A stretch of 52,963 nt of DNA, taken from the IMG/VR virus record IMGVR_UViG_3300049028_000001; one strand, 5' to 3'. The DNA comes from a virus. A program made the translations under genes and the position numbers. Below are positions 42,075 through 52,101 of this stretch, one piece after another. Each line of letters opens with the position of its first letter. Position 1 is the stretch's first letter. A model generated the notes under the pieces. The model worked only from the letters and a program-made list of their open reading frames with translations. It did not search any database and had not been told where the DNA came from.

Positions 42075-43739
42075 TTAGCTCATTCTATATTTTATAGTAC
42101 AGGCTTTCATTCCTTTAGTGCCTGCATTTGTAAAGGTAAACCCAGATCCATAATATAAGGTAAAGGTACCAGAAGTAATATCAATTAAGGATATGCTATC
42201 TACTCCATTATCAACAGTTCTTCCAACAACAATTTGAGAAGAAGAAGGTTGAAGTTTTGTAGGTAATCCTGTAAGTGTAGCCGCAGTAGTATTACTAGTA
42301 CCTGTTATGTCAGGAAATTTTAATGTAACTTCATTATTATCAATGGTCCATTCTACAGATCCTGTAGGACTTGTAGTACAACCCGTTAATGTAGCAGTAA
42401 AGTTACCAGAATAAACACTACCAATTTTAAGTGCATTCTTTAAAGATCCACTATGAAAAGCATCAGGAAGGGTTGAAGCAGTTCTATTTGTTACATAAAG
42501 AATAGAATTTTTTAATGTATTTCCACCACTATCTACATCTAAAATATCAGCAGTTGAAGCAGTACCTCCAATATCTAAATGAATAGAACAATCATCAGAC
42601 GCACCTGTTAAGCCACTAGAACCAGCGGCCGCGCCACCTATTCTTGCCTTATAATCACATGCTCCTTTATTACCTTGTATAAAGACTTTAACATTATGGG
42701 CATATGTACACAGAAAGGCTTCGACTGTAGTATCGGCAGCAAACCAAGTAATACCATTAGGGTTTAAACGTCGAGCAGCGGCAGTCTTTGTAGTAATAAC
42801 TTGTATATCAAAATATCCACTATGAACTCGATTTAAGGCTAAATCTTTTTGACAGTTAATCGAATGTGCTCGAACATGAACACCAGAAGTCATAGATGTG
42901 CTGAGGGCTCCCGTACTAGCCGCTGATACCATCTTAACTGCATAGAGACAATCTTCAGCCATTATATCTACATTAATAGCTGTCTTTTTAGTTAAGCTTG
43001 TAGCTAAGTCAGGCTCATATCCAAAACCTTCTGAACATCCTTTAGCAATAATTTTAGCAGTAATTAAACCCAATTCATTTGACCCTGTACCGGGTTGAAT
43101 TGTTACAGCTTTCCCTCCATCCACAAAAGTTGTTTTATCTAATGAGGGTAAATTTTTACAGAATACCTCAAGAGTAATATTATCTCCACCATTTGTTATA
43201 CTAACCCCATTTGTACCCGAGGCAGAGCCACTAACACTACCCGTGAGTGTTGGGAAGCCTCTAACATGAAGGTTTTTTACAGCATTTAATTGAAGAACGT
43301 CTGCACCATCTACCGAGGTTGTTTTAAATATAGTAGATGGACCAGAACACCACAATGTTAGATTATTACACTCTAAAAGAGAAGTATTTACAGAATTTTT
43401 AAAAGGAAAGTTTGCAATACCGGTATCATACGTTCCAGGAGGAAAGTATAGATCATGACCATTAGTAAGAGCAGAATTCCATGCATTAGTTAAATAGGTC
43501 AACATATCTGTAGTAGATACAGAACCATCTCCTAAAGCCCCAAAATCTTCAACACTAATAATGCGTCTATTAAAAGCATGTTGAGTAGTAGTTATAGTAT
43601 TAGAAAAAGGTTGTTTTACACTTAATAAAGCATCTCCCTTAGTAAGATCAGAATTAGATAAACCATATACAATATCATTGATATCATTTAACCAAGTAGA
43701 AGTGACAACAGTTCCAGATGAAAAGTTTGTGTCTGCCAT
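42075..43739 (-). CDS. tailspike with pectate-lyase-like beta-helix (depolymerase candidate 2)
   Basis: VEDFGALGDGSVSTTDMLT..AWNSALTNGHDLYFPPGTYD is the Pectate_lyase_3-type N-cap. The N-terminal TVVTSTWLNDINDIVYG is shared with 45914..47527. Confidence 0.65.
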   Translation of the reverse strand: MADTNFSSGTVVTSTWLNDINDIVYGLSNSDLTKGDALLSVKQPFSNTITTTQHAFNRRIISVEDFGALGDGSVSTTDMLTYLTNAWNSALTNGHDLYFPPGTYDTGIANFPFKNSVNTSLLECNNLTLWCSGPSTIFKTTSVDGADVLQLNAVKNLHVRGFPTLTGSVSGSASGTNGVSITNGGDNITLEVFCKNLPSLDKTTFVDGGKAVTIQPGTGSNELGLITAKIIAKGCSEGFGYEPDLATSLTKKTAINVDIMAEDCLYAVKMVSAASTGALSTSMTSGVHVRAHSINCQKDLALNRVHSGYFDIQVITTKTAAARRLNPNGITWFAADTTVEAFLCTYAHNVKVFIQGNKGACDYKARIGGAAAGSSGLTGASDDCSIHLDIGGTASTADILDVDSGGNTLKNSILYVTNRTASTLPDAFHSGSLKNALKIGSVYSGNFTATLTGCTTSPTGSVEWTIDNNEVTLKFPDITGTSNTTAATLTGLPTKLQPSSSQIVVGRTVDNGVDSISLIDITSGTFTLYYGSGFTFTNAGTKGMKACTIKYRMS

Positions 43740-43740
43740 A

Positions 43741-45201
43741 TCATGAGTTCCCTAAGTTGATATCAAGTTCCAGATATCTAATACGAAATGGAACTGTTGG
43801 TGTACAAGTTAACTTGTGTGCGCGTCTACGGAAAGAGCCACATTGATAGATACAAGGTAGTTCTTGGTTTAGATTTACTGTCTGTGCTGTACTAAACGTC
43901 TGATAATCATCGTCTGTCCAACTAATTGACATGGTTGTATTATCAGAGGGCCGATCTCCATAAACTGTGAGTCTATTAATTACTTTTTGGTTGTAAGAGT
44001 CAAAATCTTCAATACCAGTAACGATTGTCCAGGTATATGACGAACCTGAGTCTGTAGTAGCTGTGGAGATAAATTTATGAAGTATTTGTTGTCCAGAAAT
44101 ATAAACTACTGGTAAATAAGTACTTGTGGTTTTACTATTAGTAGAAAACTTCACATTAAGATCCATTCCGCCAGCAATAGCCCACCTAGTCCATAACTCT
44201 GTCTCTAGGTCAATAGCATAGGTATAAATACCTGCTGTTAGTAGATAGAAGTTATGTCCTAAAAAAGAAACTACACATCCAGAATACTGTGTATATGTAG
44301 TAGTGGTTGCTTCAAGTTGTCGCTGTAGGCTTTCATTGGTTATTTGTTTAATCTTAAAATCTTCAAGTACAAAGATGCCGGGAGTACTCTCATTTGAGTT
44401 ACCAATGAAATAGATCTTATTACCTAAAGTAGCAAAGCCTCCTAGAAAACCATTATACTTAACCGGTGTATCGTTACGAGATAAAGGACTACCAGTAGCC
44501 TCAGCTGAATCCCAGAAGTATTCAATACTAGAACTACCAAAAGCAACTAAGTAGTTGTTTAATTTAGCAATATAGTTTAATGGATCTGGGACCATTTCAG
44601 CAGAGATATAATTACCAGCTGTCCATGCTAAAGGATCATTTAGATCACTATTGTAGATATCAAATGTTCCAGCTTTAACTACAAATAAGTATCCATCTAG
44701 GAAGACTAAGGCTACCTTCATTGGAGTAGGTAAATCAGCATCAGCCGATGCAACTACAGTATAACTTGAATCGATTGTTTTTAAAGAAGTTCCATCAGTA
44801 AAAACCAATTTAACAGAACCATCATCATATAAAAACTCAGTAACAGCTACATCTCCTGAACTGGTACCTAAAGCAGAGGTAACAGTAGTTAAAATAGTAC
44901 CAGAAGTATCTACTATTTGAATATCATCATCAATCCAAATAAAATACTTCTCTTGTGATTCCCAATAATATACCTGACGAATCGTTGTAGATTGAAGAGA
45001 AGCACTAAAGGCTTGAAGCCCTGGTCTACAGAAGATATCGTACACATTTTCATGTGTAGTCTTATTCTTCGTTACTTCAAAAAAAACATTCAGATAATCT
45101 GGATCTTTACTAAAACCAGAGGTACGACTAGCGTACTCCTTCATTAGAAAGAGGGGCTTAGTTTGATAAGTATTCTGAGCAGGTGTTTTCGTAAACGCCA
45201 C
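43741..45201 (-). CDS. tail nozzle / tail tubular protein B-like candidate
   Basis: 486 aa directly downstream of the adaptor-like gene. Beta-rich, repetitive blade-like sequence. Assigned by position only. Confidence 0.3.
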   Translation of the reverse strand: MAFTKTPAQNTYQTKPLFLMKEYASRTSGFSKDPDYLNVFFEVTKNKTTHENVYDIFCRPGLQAFSASLQSTTIRQVYYWESQEKYFIWIDDDIQIVDTSGTILTTVTSALGTSSGDVAVTEFLYDDGSVKLVFTDGTSLKTIDSSYTVVASADADLPTPMKVALVFLDGYLFVVKAGTFDIYNSDLNDPLAWTAGNYISAEMVPDPLNYIAKLNNYLVAFGSSSIEYFWDSAEATGSPLSRNDTPVKYNGFLGGFATLGNKIYFIGNSNESTPGIFVLEDFKIKQITNESLQRQLEATTTTYTQYSGCVVSFLGHNFYLLTAGIYTYAIDLETELWTRWAIAGGMDLNVKFSTNSKTTSTYLPVVYISGQQILHKFISTATTDSGSSYTWTIVTGIEDFDSYNQKVINRLTVYGDRPSDNTTMSISWTDDDYQTFSTAQTVNLNQELPCIYQCGSFRRRAHKLTCTPTVPFRIRYLELDINLGNS

Positions 45202-45203
45202 AA

Positions 45204-45917
45204 TTATCTCATTCCATAGAAATCAGGTTGGAATAGCAATGAAGCATCTTCACCTTCCATAGCATCGTCTAAAGCTTTCTCTGCTTCTTTCCTGAGTTCA
45301 CGTCGATCATCAAGAGGTACACCAAATTCAGGTGCTAAGTCTACTGCTAAATTATATATTAGAGCTTTCTGCCATTCTTGTGGAAAGTCGGGAGTTTCTC
45401 CAGCAGCACTAAAACCTTCAAAAGGTCGTTGATAGGTTACTTGAAGAGTATAGGTACTAGCTGCTGTACTGTCAGGTAAAGGCCAGAGAGAAAGTACCCC
45501 AACATTAATCTTAGGTTGATAAGAGAACTGAGAAGGCACTCCAGTAGACTCTGTATTTAATAATCTAAAATCTTTATAAGCAATTGGTAGAAGTTCAATC
45601 ATAGAACCTCCAGTAATTGTCTCAAGAGCCACCTGATAAATCTTTAAAGGAAAGGGAGTATTAAGAGTCTGGCCTTCTCCAAAGGTATAATCTCGTTGTG
45701 ATGCAACTAATGTTACACTATAGTTATTTCTTGCCCATACAGGCATTCCGTGAATCTTTTGAAAGAGAGCAATCAGAGCATTAAGAGCCTGTTGACCGTT
45801 ACTAAGATCAGTAGCATCAGCAGACTGACCTTTAGCTAGTCGGCCACACTTTCGCATGGCCGCTTCAATGATCTGATTACGTGTTAGTTCATAGGTAGTA
45901 TCAGCAGAAGTTGTCAT
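45204..45917 (-). CDS. adaptor / tail tubular protein A (T7 gp11-like) candidate
   Basis: The N-terminal ELTRNQIIEAAMRKCG...NGQQALNALIALFQKIHGMPVW parallels T7 gp11 ELSAVNDILASIG...RILNKINRQIQSRGW. Similar length class. Confidence 0.4.
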   Translation of the reverse strand: MTTSADTTYELTRNQIIEAAMRKCGRLAKGQSADATDLSNGQQALNALIALFQKIHGMPVWARNNYSVTLVASQRDYTFGEGQTLNTPFPLKIYQVALETITGGSMIELLPIAYKDFRLLNTESTGVPSQFSYQPKINVGVLSLWPLPDSTAASTYTLQVTYQRPFEGFSAAGETPDFPQEWQKALIYNLAVDLAPEFGVPLDDRRELRKEAEKALDDAMEGEDASLLFQPDFYGMR

Positions 45918-47527
45918 AAGGCAGGAATAAGAGCAGAGTTAACTGAGAGAGCTAAAGTAGCAGTATCACCTACTGTCCCAGAGGCAGTCGAAATACCTAT
46001 ACGACAGTTTACATTAGTAGCATCTGTACTAATTATAATAAGTCTACTAACTACCCAAGTTACGTTATTATTAGAACGTAATACAGAAATTTGACATCTT
46101 TGTCGTTGAGGTGTAAAAGGCAACCCATGTGGAATTGCAATAGACTTATCTCCAGTAGTAGTAATATCTATTGTTGAGCTTTCTACTTGAGCCATTGTAT
46201 CAAAACCGGCTGCATCTCTAACTAGATTGGTTGTTCCAGCATTACCTACTGCTTTAGTTACATGATTAGAGATCTCACCACCAATCCATCTAGTATTAGT
46301 ACTACCAGCAGTCATTGAAAGGTTAGTGCCATTTGATCTAGCAATACAACCCATTAAAGAACAATTATCTGTCTCAATTCTAAAACCATAAGTAGTATTG
46401 GATAAAGCAACACATGAAGAAAAAGATACTCGATCCGCATTTGTAGTATAAGAAGAGTCCTTAGTTCTAAAGCCTGTAGCACATTCTATAGTAGATATAT
46501 TAGTAATTTTTACTCGTTCTTGTTCTACTAAGACTCCTTCGGCCGTAGCCGATCGAATAGTACCATTAGAGACTGCAACATCTCGTGCTGAGATTTTTAC
46601 ACCGGCACAAGATGAGTAGTTACTTCCATTTACTTTTACATAGAAATTAGTAAGACTTCCATAATGTCCACCATCACCTCGACTATCTCCTACTTCACCC
46701 TGTTTAAAACGTATACCTGCATTAGGTGTTCCTGCATCATTGAATTCTTCTATGTGAATATTAGATAATTCCCATCCAGGACCCATGATATCAATACCAG
46801 CAAAGGGATCTGTTAGGTCAGTAGATCTACCAAAACGACGGACAGTAACATTAATCATCTTATTACCACCATCAGTATCTCCGTTGTTCTTTACATCGAT
46901 ACCATCCGCCATTACATCTTCAATTACAACATTTTCAATACGGAAATCTTTATGACCACCATTCTGAATACCAATACCATAATCAGAGGAACGATGGATA
47001 TAAAGATCTCGTAGAACAAGTCGCTTAATACCATGTAACCAGATAAGCATATTACCATCATCATGTTCCGTACCAGTAGTAGGCGGATCATAACTACCAT
47101 CGAACTCTAAACCCTCAATTTTAATATTAGTTAGTTCTAGTCCCCCATTAACAATAGGAATAGTACCAACACGTAAGGTAACAAAACGGGTAGGCACTGA
47201 AGGGTCAGCAAAAATCCGACTTTTTCCAATCTCTCCTCGTAGTGTAATATTACTCGCTTGGATGTGTAACGCCATATCATCTGGAGAAGAGCCGTTAGCT
47301 CCGGTTGGGTTTAGTTTACGAACTTTATAATTACCTGGAGGAAAGTAAATAACACCACCCCCTGCCGCTGATGCTGCATCGATCGCGGCCTGAATAGCTA
47401 CTGTATCATCCGTAAACCCATCCCCAACTGCTCCATAACCCTTTACACCGTATACATGATCGTCTACATCATTACACCAATCGGCAGAGATAACAGTTTG
47501 TCTTGAAATAAATGTGGATGAACTCAT
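45914..47527 (-). CDS. tailspike with pectate-lyase-like beta-helix (depolymerase candidate 1)
   Basis: VKGYGAVGDGFTDDTVAIQAAIDAASAAGGGVIYFPPGNYKV is a classic Pectate_lyase_3 start. N-terminal anchor motif TVISADWCNDVDDHVYG. Confidence 0.7.
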   Translation of the reverse strand: MSSSTFISRQTVISADWCNDVDDHVYGVKGYGAVGDGFTDDTVAIQAAIDAASAAGGGVIYFPPGNYKVRKLNPTGANGSSPDDMALHIQASNITLRGEIGKSRIFADPSVPTRFVTLRVGTIPIVNGGLELTNIKIEGLEFDGSYDPPTTGTEHDDGNMLIWLHGIKRLVLRDLYIHRSSDYGIGIQNGGHKDFRIENVVIEDVMADGIDVKNNGDTDGGNKMINVTVRRFGRSTDLTDPFAGIDIMGPGWELSNIHIEEFNDAGTPNAGIRFKQGEVGDSRGDGGHYGSLTNFYVKVNGSNYSSCAGVKISARDVAVSNGTIRSATAEGVLVEQERVKITNISTIECATGFRTKDSSYTTNADRVSFSSCVALSNTTYGFRIETDNCSLMGCIARSNGTNLSMTAGSTNTRWIGGEISNHVTKAVGNAGTTNLVRDAAGFDTMAQVESSTIDITTTGDKSIAIPHGLPFTPQRQRCQISVLRSNNNVTWVVSRLIIISTDATNVNCRIGISTASGTVGDTATLALSVNSALIPAL

Positions 47528-47895
47528 ACGGCAACTCCGACTATACTTCGGTTAACAATGGCAATATCCACTATGGCAGAAATTGCAAGATTCTCTAAAG
47601 CAGCATAAGGTGGAGCATAGTCTGCTCTCATACAATCTGCTGTACCAATATCTGCATAACTAGAGGAAGTCCATACATCACAAAAAAGACTAAAATTATC
47701 AGGTGGTTCTGGACGTGTCCAGGGAGGTACTACTCTCTCTGATCTCGTTCGTAAGAAATCTTGTGGATGTCTAGTCTCAAAGTCCTTTTCACAGACCATG
47801 AGACTATCCCATCGTTTGCGGAGTTCTGTAGATTTATATCTGAAACCACATACGTCACATATAGCACTCCATACTCCTGGCTTCCATCCACTCAT
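47524..47895 (-). CDS. Cys-containing virion-module protein
   Basis: CDVCGFRYKSTELRKRWDSLMVCEKDFETRHPQDF, a zinc-ribbon-like motif seen in podophage tail modules. Coupled overlaps at both ends. Confidence 0.45.
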   Translation of the reverse strand: MSGWKPGVWSAICDVCGFRYKSTELRKRWDSLMVCEKDFETRHPQDFLRTRSERVVPPWTRPEPPDNFSLFCDVWTSSSYADIGTADCMRADYAPPYAALENLAISAIVDIAIVNRSIVGVAV

Positions 47896-48128
47896 TTCTT
47901 AGCTAAAGCCTCTCGAACATCCGCTTTCATCTCATCTAGCCAAATACGTAATTCAGCTTTGAACTCCTTGAAGTCTTCTTTTCGTAACGTACTTTCTCTA
48001 AGTTGACGAACATCATCTTCATTTGTCTTGATTCGTTCCTTGGTGTTTTCGTGATTTAATTTCATGAAGTACATCGCAATCCCCATTAATCCATTTAAAA
48101 CAAAGGAAACAATTATTGCAGCTTCCAT
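47892..48128 (-). CDS. N-terminal transmembrane plus coiled-coil protein (i-spanin- or holin-like architecture)
   Basis: AAIIVSFVLNGLMGIAMYFM transmembrane helix followed by a charged helical tail. TGATG coupling to the upstream gene. Confidence 0.4.
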   Translation of the reverse strand: MEAAIIVSFVLNGLMGIAMYFMKLNHENTKERIKTNEDDVRQLRESTLRKEDFKEFKAELRIWLDEMKADVREALAKK

Positions 48129-49201
48129 CAGTTCGTAACCTTTCTACCATCACCTAATAAGTGGCTATGGCAATCGACAGACTTTTGAAGACAGTTCTTT
48201 ACCCATGTCTCCATAATATCTAGCTTCCACCCAAACATCCAATCTCCATGGGTACTAGTACCAGGAAAATTAAGGTCATGGTCACTGGACAGATGCCATC
48301 CTTTAGTACCAGTACTAGGAACATCATAGATAATATTAAATGATATTTCTGGTAGTGCTACAGGATGACTAACTGGACATCCTCCCCTTGCAAATTTCAT
48401 ATGACTCTTGTGATCTACAGAGTCTAAATTAATACCATCCCAACACTGTGGAAAGAAAATTTCTTGATAGAGTTTTGATCCTTGAGGGCACGGTTGAATT
48501 GTTGGGCCTACTAATGATTCTGATCCTAGACCGATACATTTCCATCTACCACTGGGCCAGACCTTTGTAGGATCTGTGTTGTGCATATTACCAGAAATAA
48601 TAACCAATCCTTTTGGGAAGGGCTGCACATCAGCAGGCTTTACTCCGTTGTATCCGGTTTTATAGTACAGACTGGCACTTAGAGGCTTGATAGGGTTTCC
48701 TGAAGAATCCATCATAGAAGGTACCCAATATCCTGACATATTTACAGTACCACCTACTGCATTACTACGACCACCATCTCTAATATTATCAGGTGTAGTA
48801 TAAGCATTTACATCTGGATTACAGAAGAAAGTATGTAGATGTGATTTACCTGATTGTTTAGGATATACAATTGGATCATCGGGTGCCATATGAGTGAACT
48901 GACACGCTGTTCTAAAAGCCCCTATATTAGAGGGAGCAGGTAGTTCCGAGGTAGGTTGAATCTTTTCAGTTGTATAGAAACTACCTGTATAAACGGGAAC
49001 ATTAAATACTTTGACTACGACAGGACTAGGAGTACAGAGAATTTCTCCATTTACTACTGTGTTAGCAGAATCAATACACTCTTGAAGAGTATTAAATACT
49101 CCATAAGAGGAAGTCCACTTAGTTGGCTCCTCTACAGGAAAGGTAGCTGCTTGAGCAAATGAGAATAAAGACAATAAGAAACCAACTAAGTGTTTTTTCA
49201 T
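48128..49201 (-). CDS. secreted DUF1996-like protein
   Basis: Signal peptide MKKHLVGFLLSLFSFAQA-A. DDPIVYPKQSGKSHLHTFFCN and FFPQCWDGINLDSVDHKSHMKF..GGCPVSHPVALP match the DUF1996 motifs I remember (DPIV.PG..S.H.H.F.G; FP.CWDG..LDS.DHKSH). Confidence 0.5.
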   Translation of the reverse strand: MKKHLVGFLLSLFSFAQAATFPVEEPTKWTSSYGVFNTLQECIDSANTVVNGEILCTPSPVVVKVFNVPVYTGSFYTTEKIQPTSELPAPSNIGAFRTACQFTHMAPDDPIVYPKQSGKSHLHTFFCNPDVNAYTTPDNIRDGGRSNAVGGTVNMSGYWVPSMMDSSGNPIKPLSASLYYKTGYNGVKPADVQPFPKGLVIISGNMHNTDPTKVWPSGRWKCIGLGSESLVGPTIQPCPQGSKLYQEIFFPQCWDGINLDSVDHKSHMKFARGGCPVSHPVALPEISFNIIYDVPSTGTKGWHLSSDHDLNFPGTSTHGDWMFGWKLDIMETWVKNCLQKSVDCHSHLLGDGRKVTN

Positions 49202-49209
49202 ATTACTTT

Positions 49210-49461
49210 TTAGTAAAGTGCTAAGATGTCTGTAGCAGCAGTTCCTGTAGATAATACTTGATCTACTTGAATTCGTAATACACCAACAGGTACAGCTTTA
49301 AAAGTGACAGTTTCTCCATTAGCTGTATGAACAGCTACATCCCCTGTAACACCTATATATAATGCTCTAGTAATGGGAATAACTGTTGCATCACTTTTAG
49401 TTACAGCAACTGCACTATGGAAAGGCGCTAGAGAATCTACTCCTCTAAATTTACCAGCCAT
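49210..49461 (-). CDS. small virion-module protein
   Basis: 83-aa beta-rich track ORF, 2 nt after the upstream gene's stop. Confidence 0.45.
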   Translation of the reverse strand: MAGKFRGVDSLAPFHSAVAVTKSDATVIPITRALYIGVTGDVAVHTANGETVTFKAVPVGVLRIQVDQVLSTGTAATDILALY

Positions 49462-49463
49462 GA

Positions 49464-50432
49464 TTAAGAGTCAATAGCAGGTAGGAGATAACCTTGAGCA
49501 TTAGCTACAGCAGTAGCACGGTTCTCAAAGAGACCATATGTATGTGTAGCAGTAATCAAGATTTCCGTAGTAGCATCAAGATGCTTAATGTTGTTATAAG
49601 CAATAATACCAGTACCAGCAGTTCCATCCGTGGTAATTAGAATACCAGCAGTAGAAGCGGCATTGCCTGTTACTTGAATCTGATTGCGAAGAACTCGAAC
49701 TCCTGTTAAGTCTTTACCAGTAGCAATTGTAAACAGAGCAGCAGTGTTAGCTGTAGCATTACCTGTTACCATAACATTATCTACAATTTCCCAGTTCTTT
49801 TGTGAACCATCTACTAGAGCAAAAGCAAGAGTAGCTGCATCAGGCTCATGCCAGAAGCAGTTGGAAACACGAAGACCATCAGCAGCATTGTCTGTAGTAT
49901 TCGTATCAATCACATGAAGGAAATTCATGTTAACAGCAGTCTCTACAATATCTACATCTTCTAGAGTGAAGTATTTAGCAGTAGTTAGAGTAAAGGCAGA
50001 AACAATATCTGCGAAGTTAGCAGAGATAACAACATTCTTAAGTGAAACGTTCGCTGCACTAACACCAATAGTGGCCGTTGTAGCAGTATCTAGAGTAAAG
50101 GTAGGACGCTTAGTACCTAAACCAAGACCAACAATAGCTACTCCTGCAACGTTAAGTGCTAGAGCCGTTGCTGAAGAAATGGTTTCAGCATGTCCAGGTT
50201 TAATGAAGATGATGTCACCACGATCAGCAACACACTGACTAATAGCATAAGCTAGGGTACTGAATGGAGCATTAAAGGTACCATCATTACCATTAGAACC
50301 ACTTCGCTGATTGTCTAGTTGTACAGTACTATTGGATACCCAAAAGACCTTACCTGGATGAGTAACAGTGATAGGGATTCCACGAATTAGAACACCCTCT
50401 TTAAAACCATGTGCATAATTTGTCATTGCCAT
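49464..50432 (-). CDS. right-handed beta-helix (pectin-lyase fold) virion protein next to the capsid gene
   Basis: GTFNAPFSTLAYAISQCVADRGDIIFIKPGHAE (DUF1565-like N-cap) followed by repeated N/V/T-rich rungs. Confidence 0.5.
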   Translation of the reverse strand: MAMTNYAHGFKEGVLIRGIPITVTHPGKVFWVSNSTVQLDNQRSGSNGNDGTFNAPFSTLAYAISQCVADRGDIIFIKPGHAETISSATALALNVAGVAIVGLGLGTKRPTFTLDTATTATIGVSAANVSLKNVVISANFADIVSAFTLTTAKYFTLEDVDIVETAVNMNFLHVIDTNTTDNAADGLRVSNCFWHEPDAATLAFALVDGSQKNWEIVDNVMVTGNATANTAALFTIATGKDLTGVRVLRNQIQVTGNAASTAGILITTDGTAGTGIIAYNNIKHLDATTEILITATHTYGLFENRATAVANAQGYLLPAIDS

Positions 50433-50450
50433 AATTGTCTCCTGTATAAA

Positions 50451-50481
50451 GGAAAAGTGGGGTAGCTATGACAACTACCCC
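50451..50481 (-). terminator. hairpin / partial terminator downstream of the capsid gene
   Basis: Minus strand reads GGGGTAG-ttgtcatag-CTACCCC followed by aCTTTTCC. It lies in the 63-nt gap after the stop at 50496. Confidence 0.45.
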
Positions 50482-50495
50482 AACAGAATTAACTA

Positions 50496-51425
50496 TTAAA
50501 CTCCAGGTGAACCGTAGATACCACGCCAGTCACCCCAACCAAAACTACAACGGAAGGTGGCCTTGAACTTAGCGTTTTCAGTATCGAAGTCATCATCGGT
50601 ACTGAATTCATCATCACGACGACTAAAGTAAAGCATACCATCACGTGCATCAGTACGAAGGAACCAAGCATCGGTATCCGTGAGATAATGATTAACTACA
50701 ATCTCAGGAACCATGCCCATAGTCTTAAGAGCATTCACGTTACGCTCAGCACTGTTAACCTGCCAATCACCCTTAAGAATACGAGTTGCCTCGAACATTA
50801 GGTTAACTGGAATAATCAGTGTTTGAGGACGTACCGCGATCTTTAGACCACGATCATCGGTGAAGGCAGCAATATCAATAATTGCCTGTTCTAGAGCAGC
50901 TTCACTAAGGTCAACTGCTACAGACGGACCATTGGTTTGGGTACCACCGGCCACGTTAGAATGGCTAGATGAACCACCGCCACCGGCTGATGCCACTAAA
51001 GTAGCACCATCACCCCCAGTGTATGAGGTATTGAAAGCACGGTTGTAGACGTTAGCACCTAGAATCTCTTTAGTCTGACGTACAGCAAACGCGAGGCTTT
51101 GAGCCTTTTGCTTACCAACGACATTATAAAGATCATCTTCAAAAGCTTCACGAGTAACTACGAAACCAGACGCATAGGTAACGTGCTGGAAACGAGTCGT
51201 GAAACCCTGACGGCTAGTATCGTATGTAATACCAGCACCCTCTGCCTTAGTAGATAGGAGACCTAGACCAGAAAGACCCACGATCTCTTCAAAGTTACGC
51301 TTAGAAGTGTTGCTCTCAAAGAGTTTAGTCCATTCAACAGGAAACTCAGTGTAGGTATCACCATACCAACGATTAACACCAGGCCATAGAGCTTTTGCAA
51401 AGCTGGTAGTAGAAATAACGCTCAT
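50496..51425 (-). CDS. putative major capsid protein
   Basis: 309 aa with a strong AAGGGAGAA ribosome-binding site, followed by a hairpin. It sits in the head module after the portal and scaffold-like genes. Composition is typical of HK97-fold coat proteins. No search was run. Confidence 0.6.
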   Translation of the reverse strand: MSVISTTSFAKALWPGVNRWYGDTYTEFPVEWTKLFESNTSKRNFEEIVGLSGLGLLSTKAEGAGITYDTSRQGFTTRFQHVTYASGFVVTREAFEDDLYNVVGKQKAQSLAFAVRQTKEILGANVYNRAFNTSYTGGDGATLVASAGGGGSSSHSNVAGGTQTNGPSVAVDLSEAALEQAIIDIAAFTDDRGLKIAVRPQTLIIPVNLMFEATRILKGDWQVNSAERNVNALKTMGMVPEIVVNHYLTDTDAWFLRTDARDGMLYFSRRDDEFSTDDDFDTENAKFKATFRCSFGWGDWRGIYGSPGV

Positions 51426-51441
51426 ATATTTTCTCCCTTAA

Positions 51442-52050
51442 TTAGATGCCAGTCGTGCCAACAGATTGATACTGATGGACGTTAAACCTAACCAGCACTT
51501 TAGCAGATGCGCCAATTTCATTACCAACACGTTGTACGAAACCTAGAAGCTGGAAGTTTAGAGTTGATGTAGTATTCTTAGTACCTACGTCAATGGTGGC
51601 TGGTGATACAAGAGTAGATGATGTACGAGCAGCATTAGCATGACTCATATTTTGACCCACATCAGTAGCAGCAAGAGTGCCATTAGAAGTTTCTACTTCC
51701 ATAACAACATCAGGAGAATCTGCTACAAGAATATATCCAGCACCAGAAGCTGCAATTTGAGCTGCGGCAGGTAGATCTAGTGCAGTAGAACCAGAGTTCA
51801 TCTTACCAACAGGATCAAACTTAGAGTGCATTACTGCAACAACAATACCAATAGGTACATCACCAGCAGAAGCTAGATCAGCGGTAGCAATACCGTTAGC
51901 ATCAGCAGAGCCACCTAGTTTAACAACATCCCCTACTAGAATTTCATCAGCGGCAGATGCTACGTAATAGAGTCGTGTAGCGCCATTGTAAGGGGAACCA
52001 TTTAGATGTTTTACGACTTTAAAGCCGCAAACGCGAGAAGTGTTAGCCAT
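51442..52050 (-). CDS. head-module protein (decoration / assembly candidate)
   Basis: 202-aa A/G/V-rich beta-type sequence immediately upstream of the capsid gene. AAAGGA ribosome-binding site. Confidence 0.4.
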   Translation of the reverse strand: MANTSRVCGFKVVKHLNGSPYNGATRLYYVASAADEILVGDVVKLGGSADANGIATADLASAGDVPIGIVVAVMHSKFDPVGKMNSGSTALDLPAAAQIAASGAGYILVADSPDVVMEVETSNGTLAATDVGQNMSHANAARTSSTLVSPATIDVGTKNTTSTLNFQLLGFVQRVGNEIGASAKVLVRFNVHQYQSVGTTGI

Positions 52051-52101
52051 GAGCTATCCTTTCAATTTTTTATTTGATGCTCATGTGCCGGGAAATTTTC
52101 G

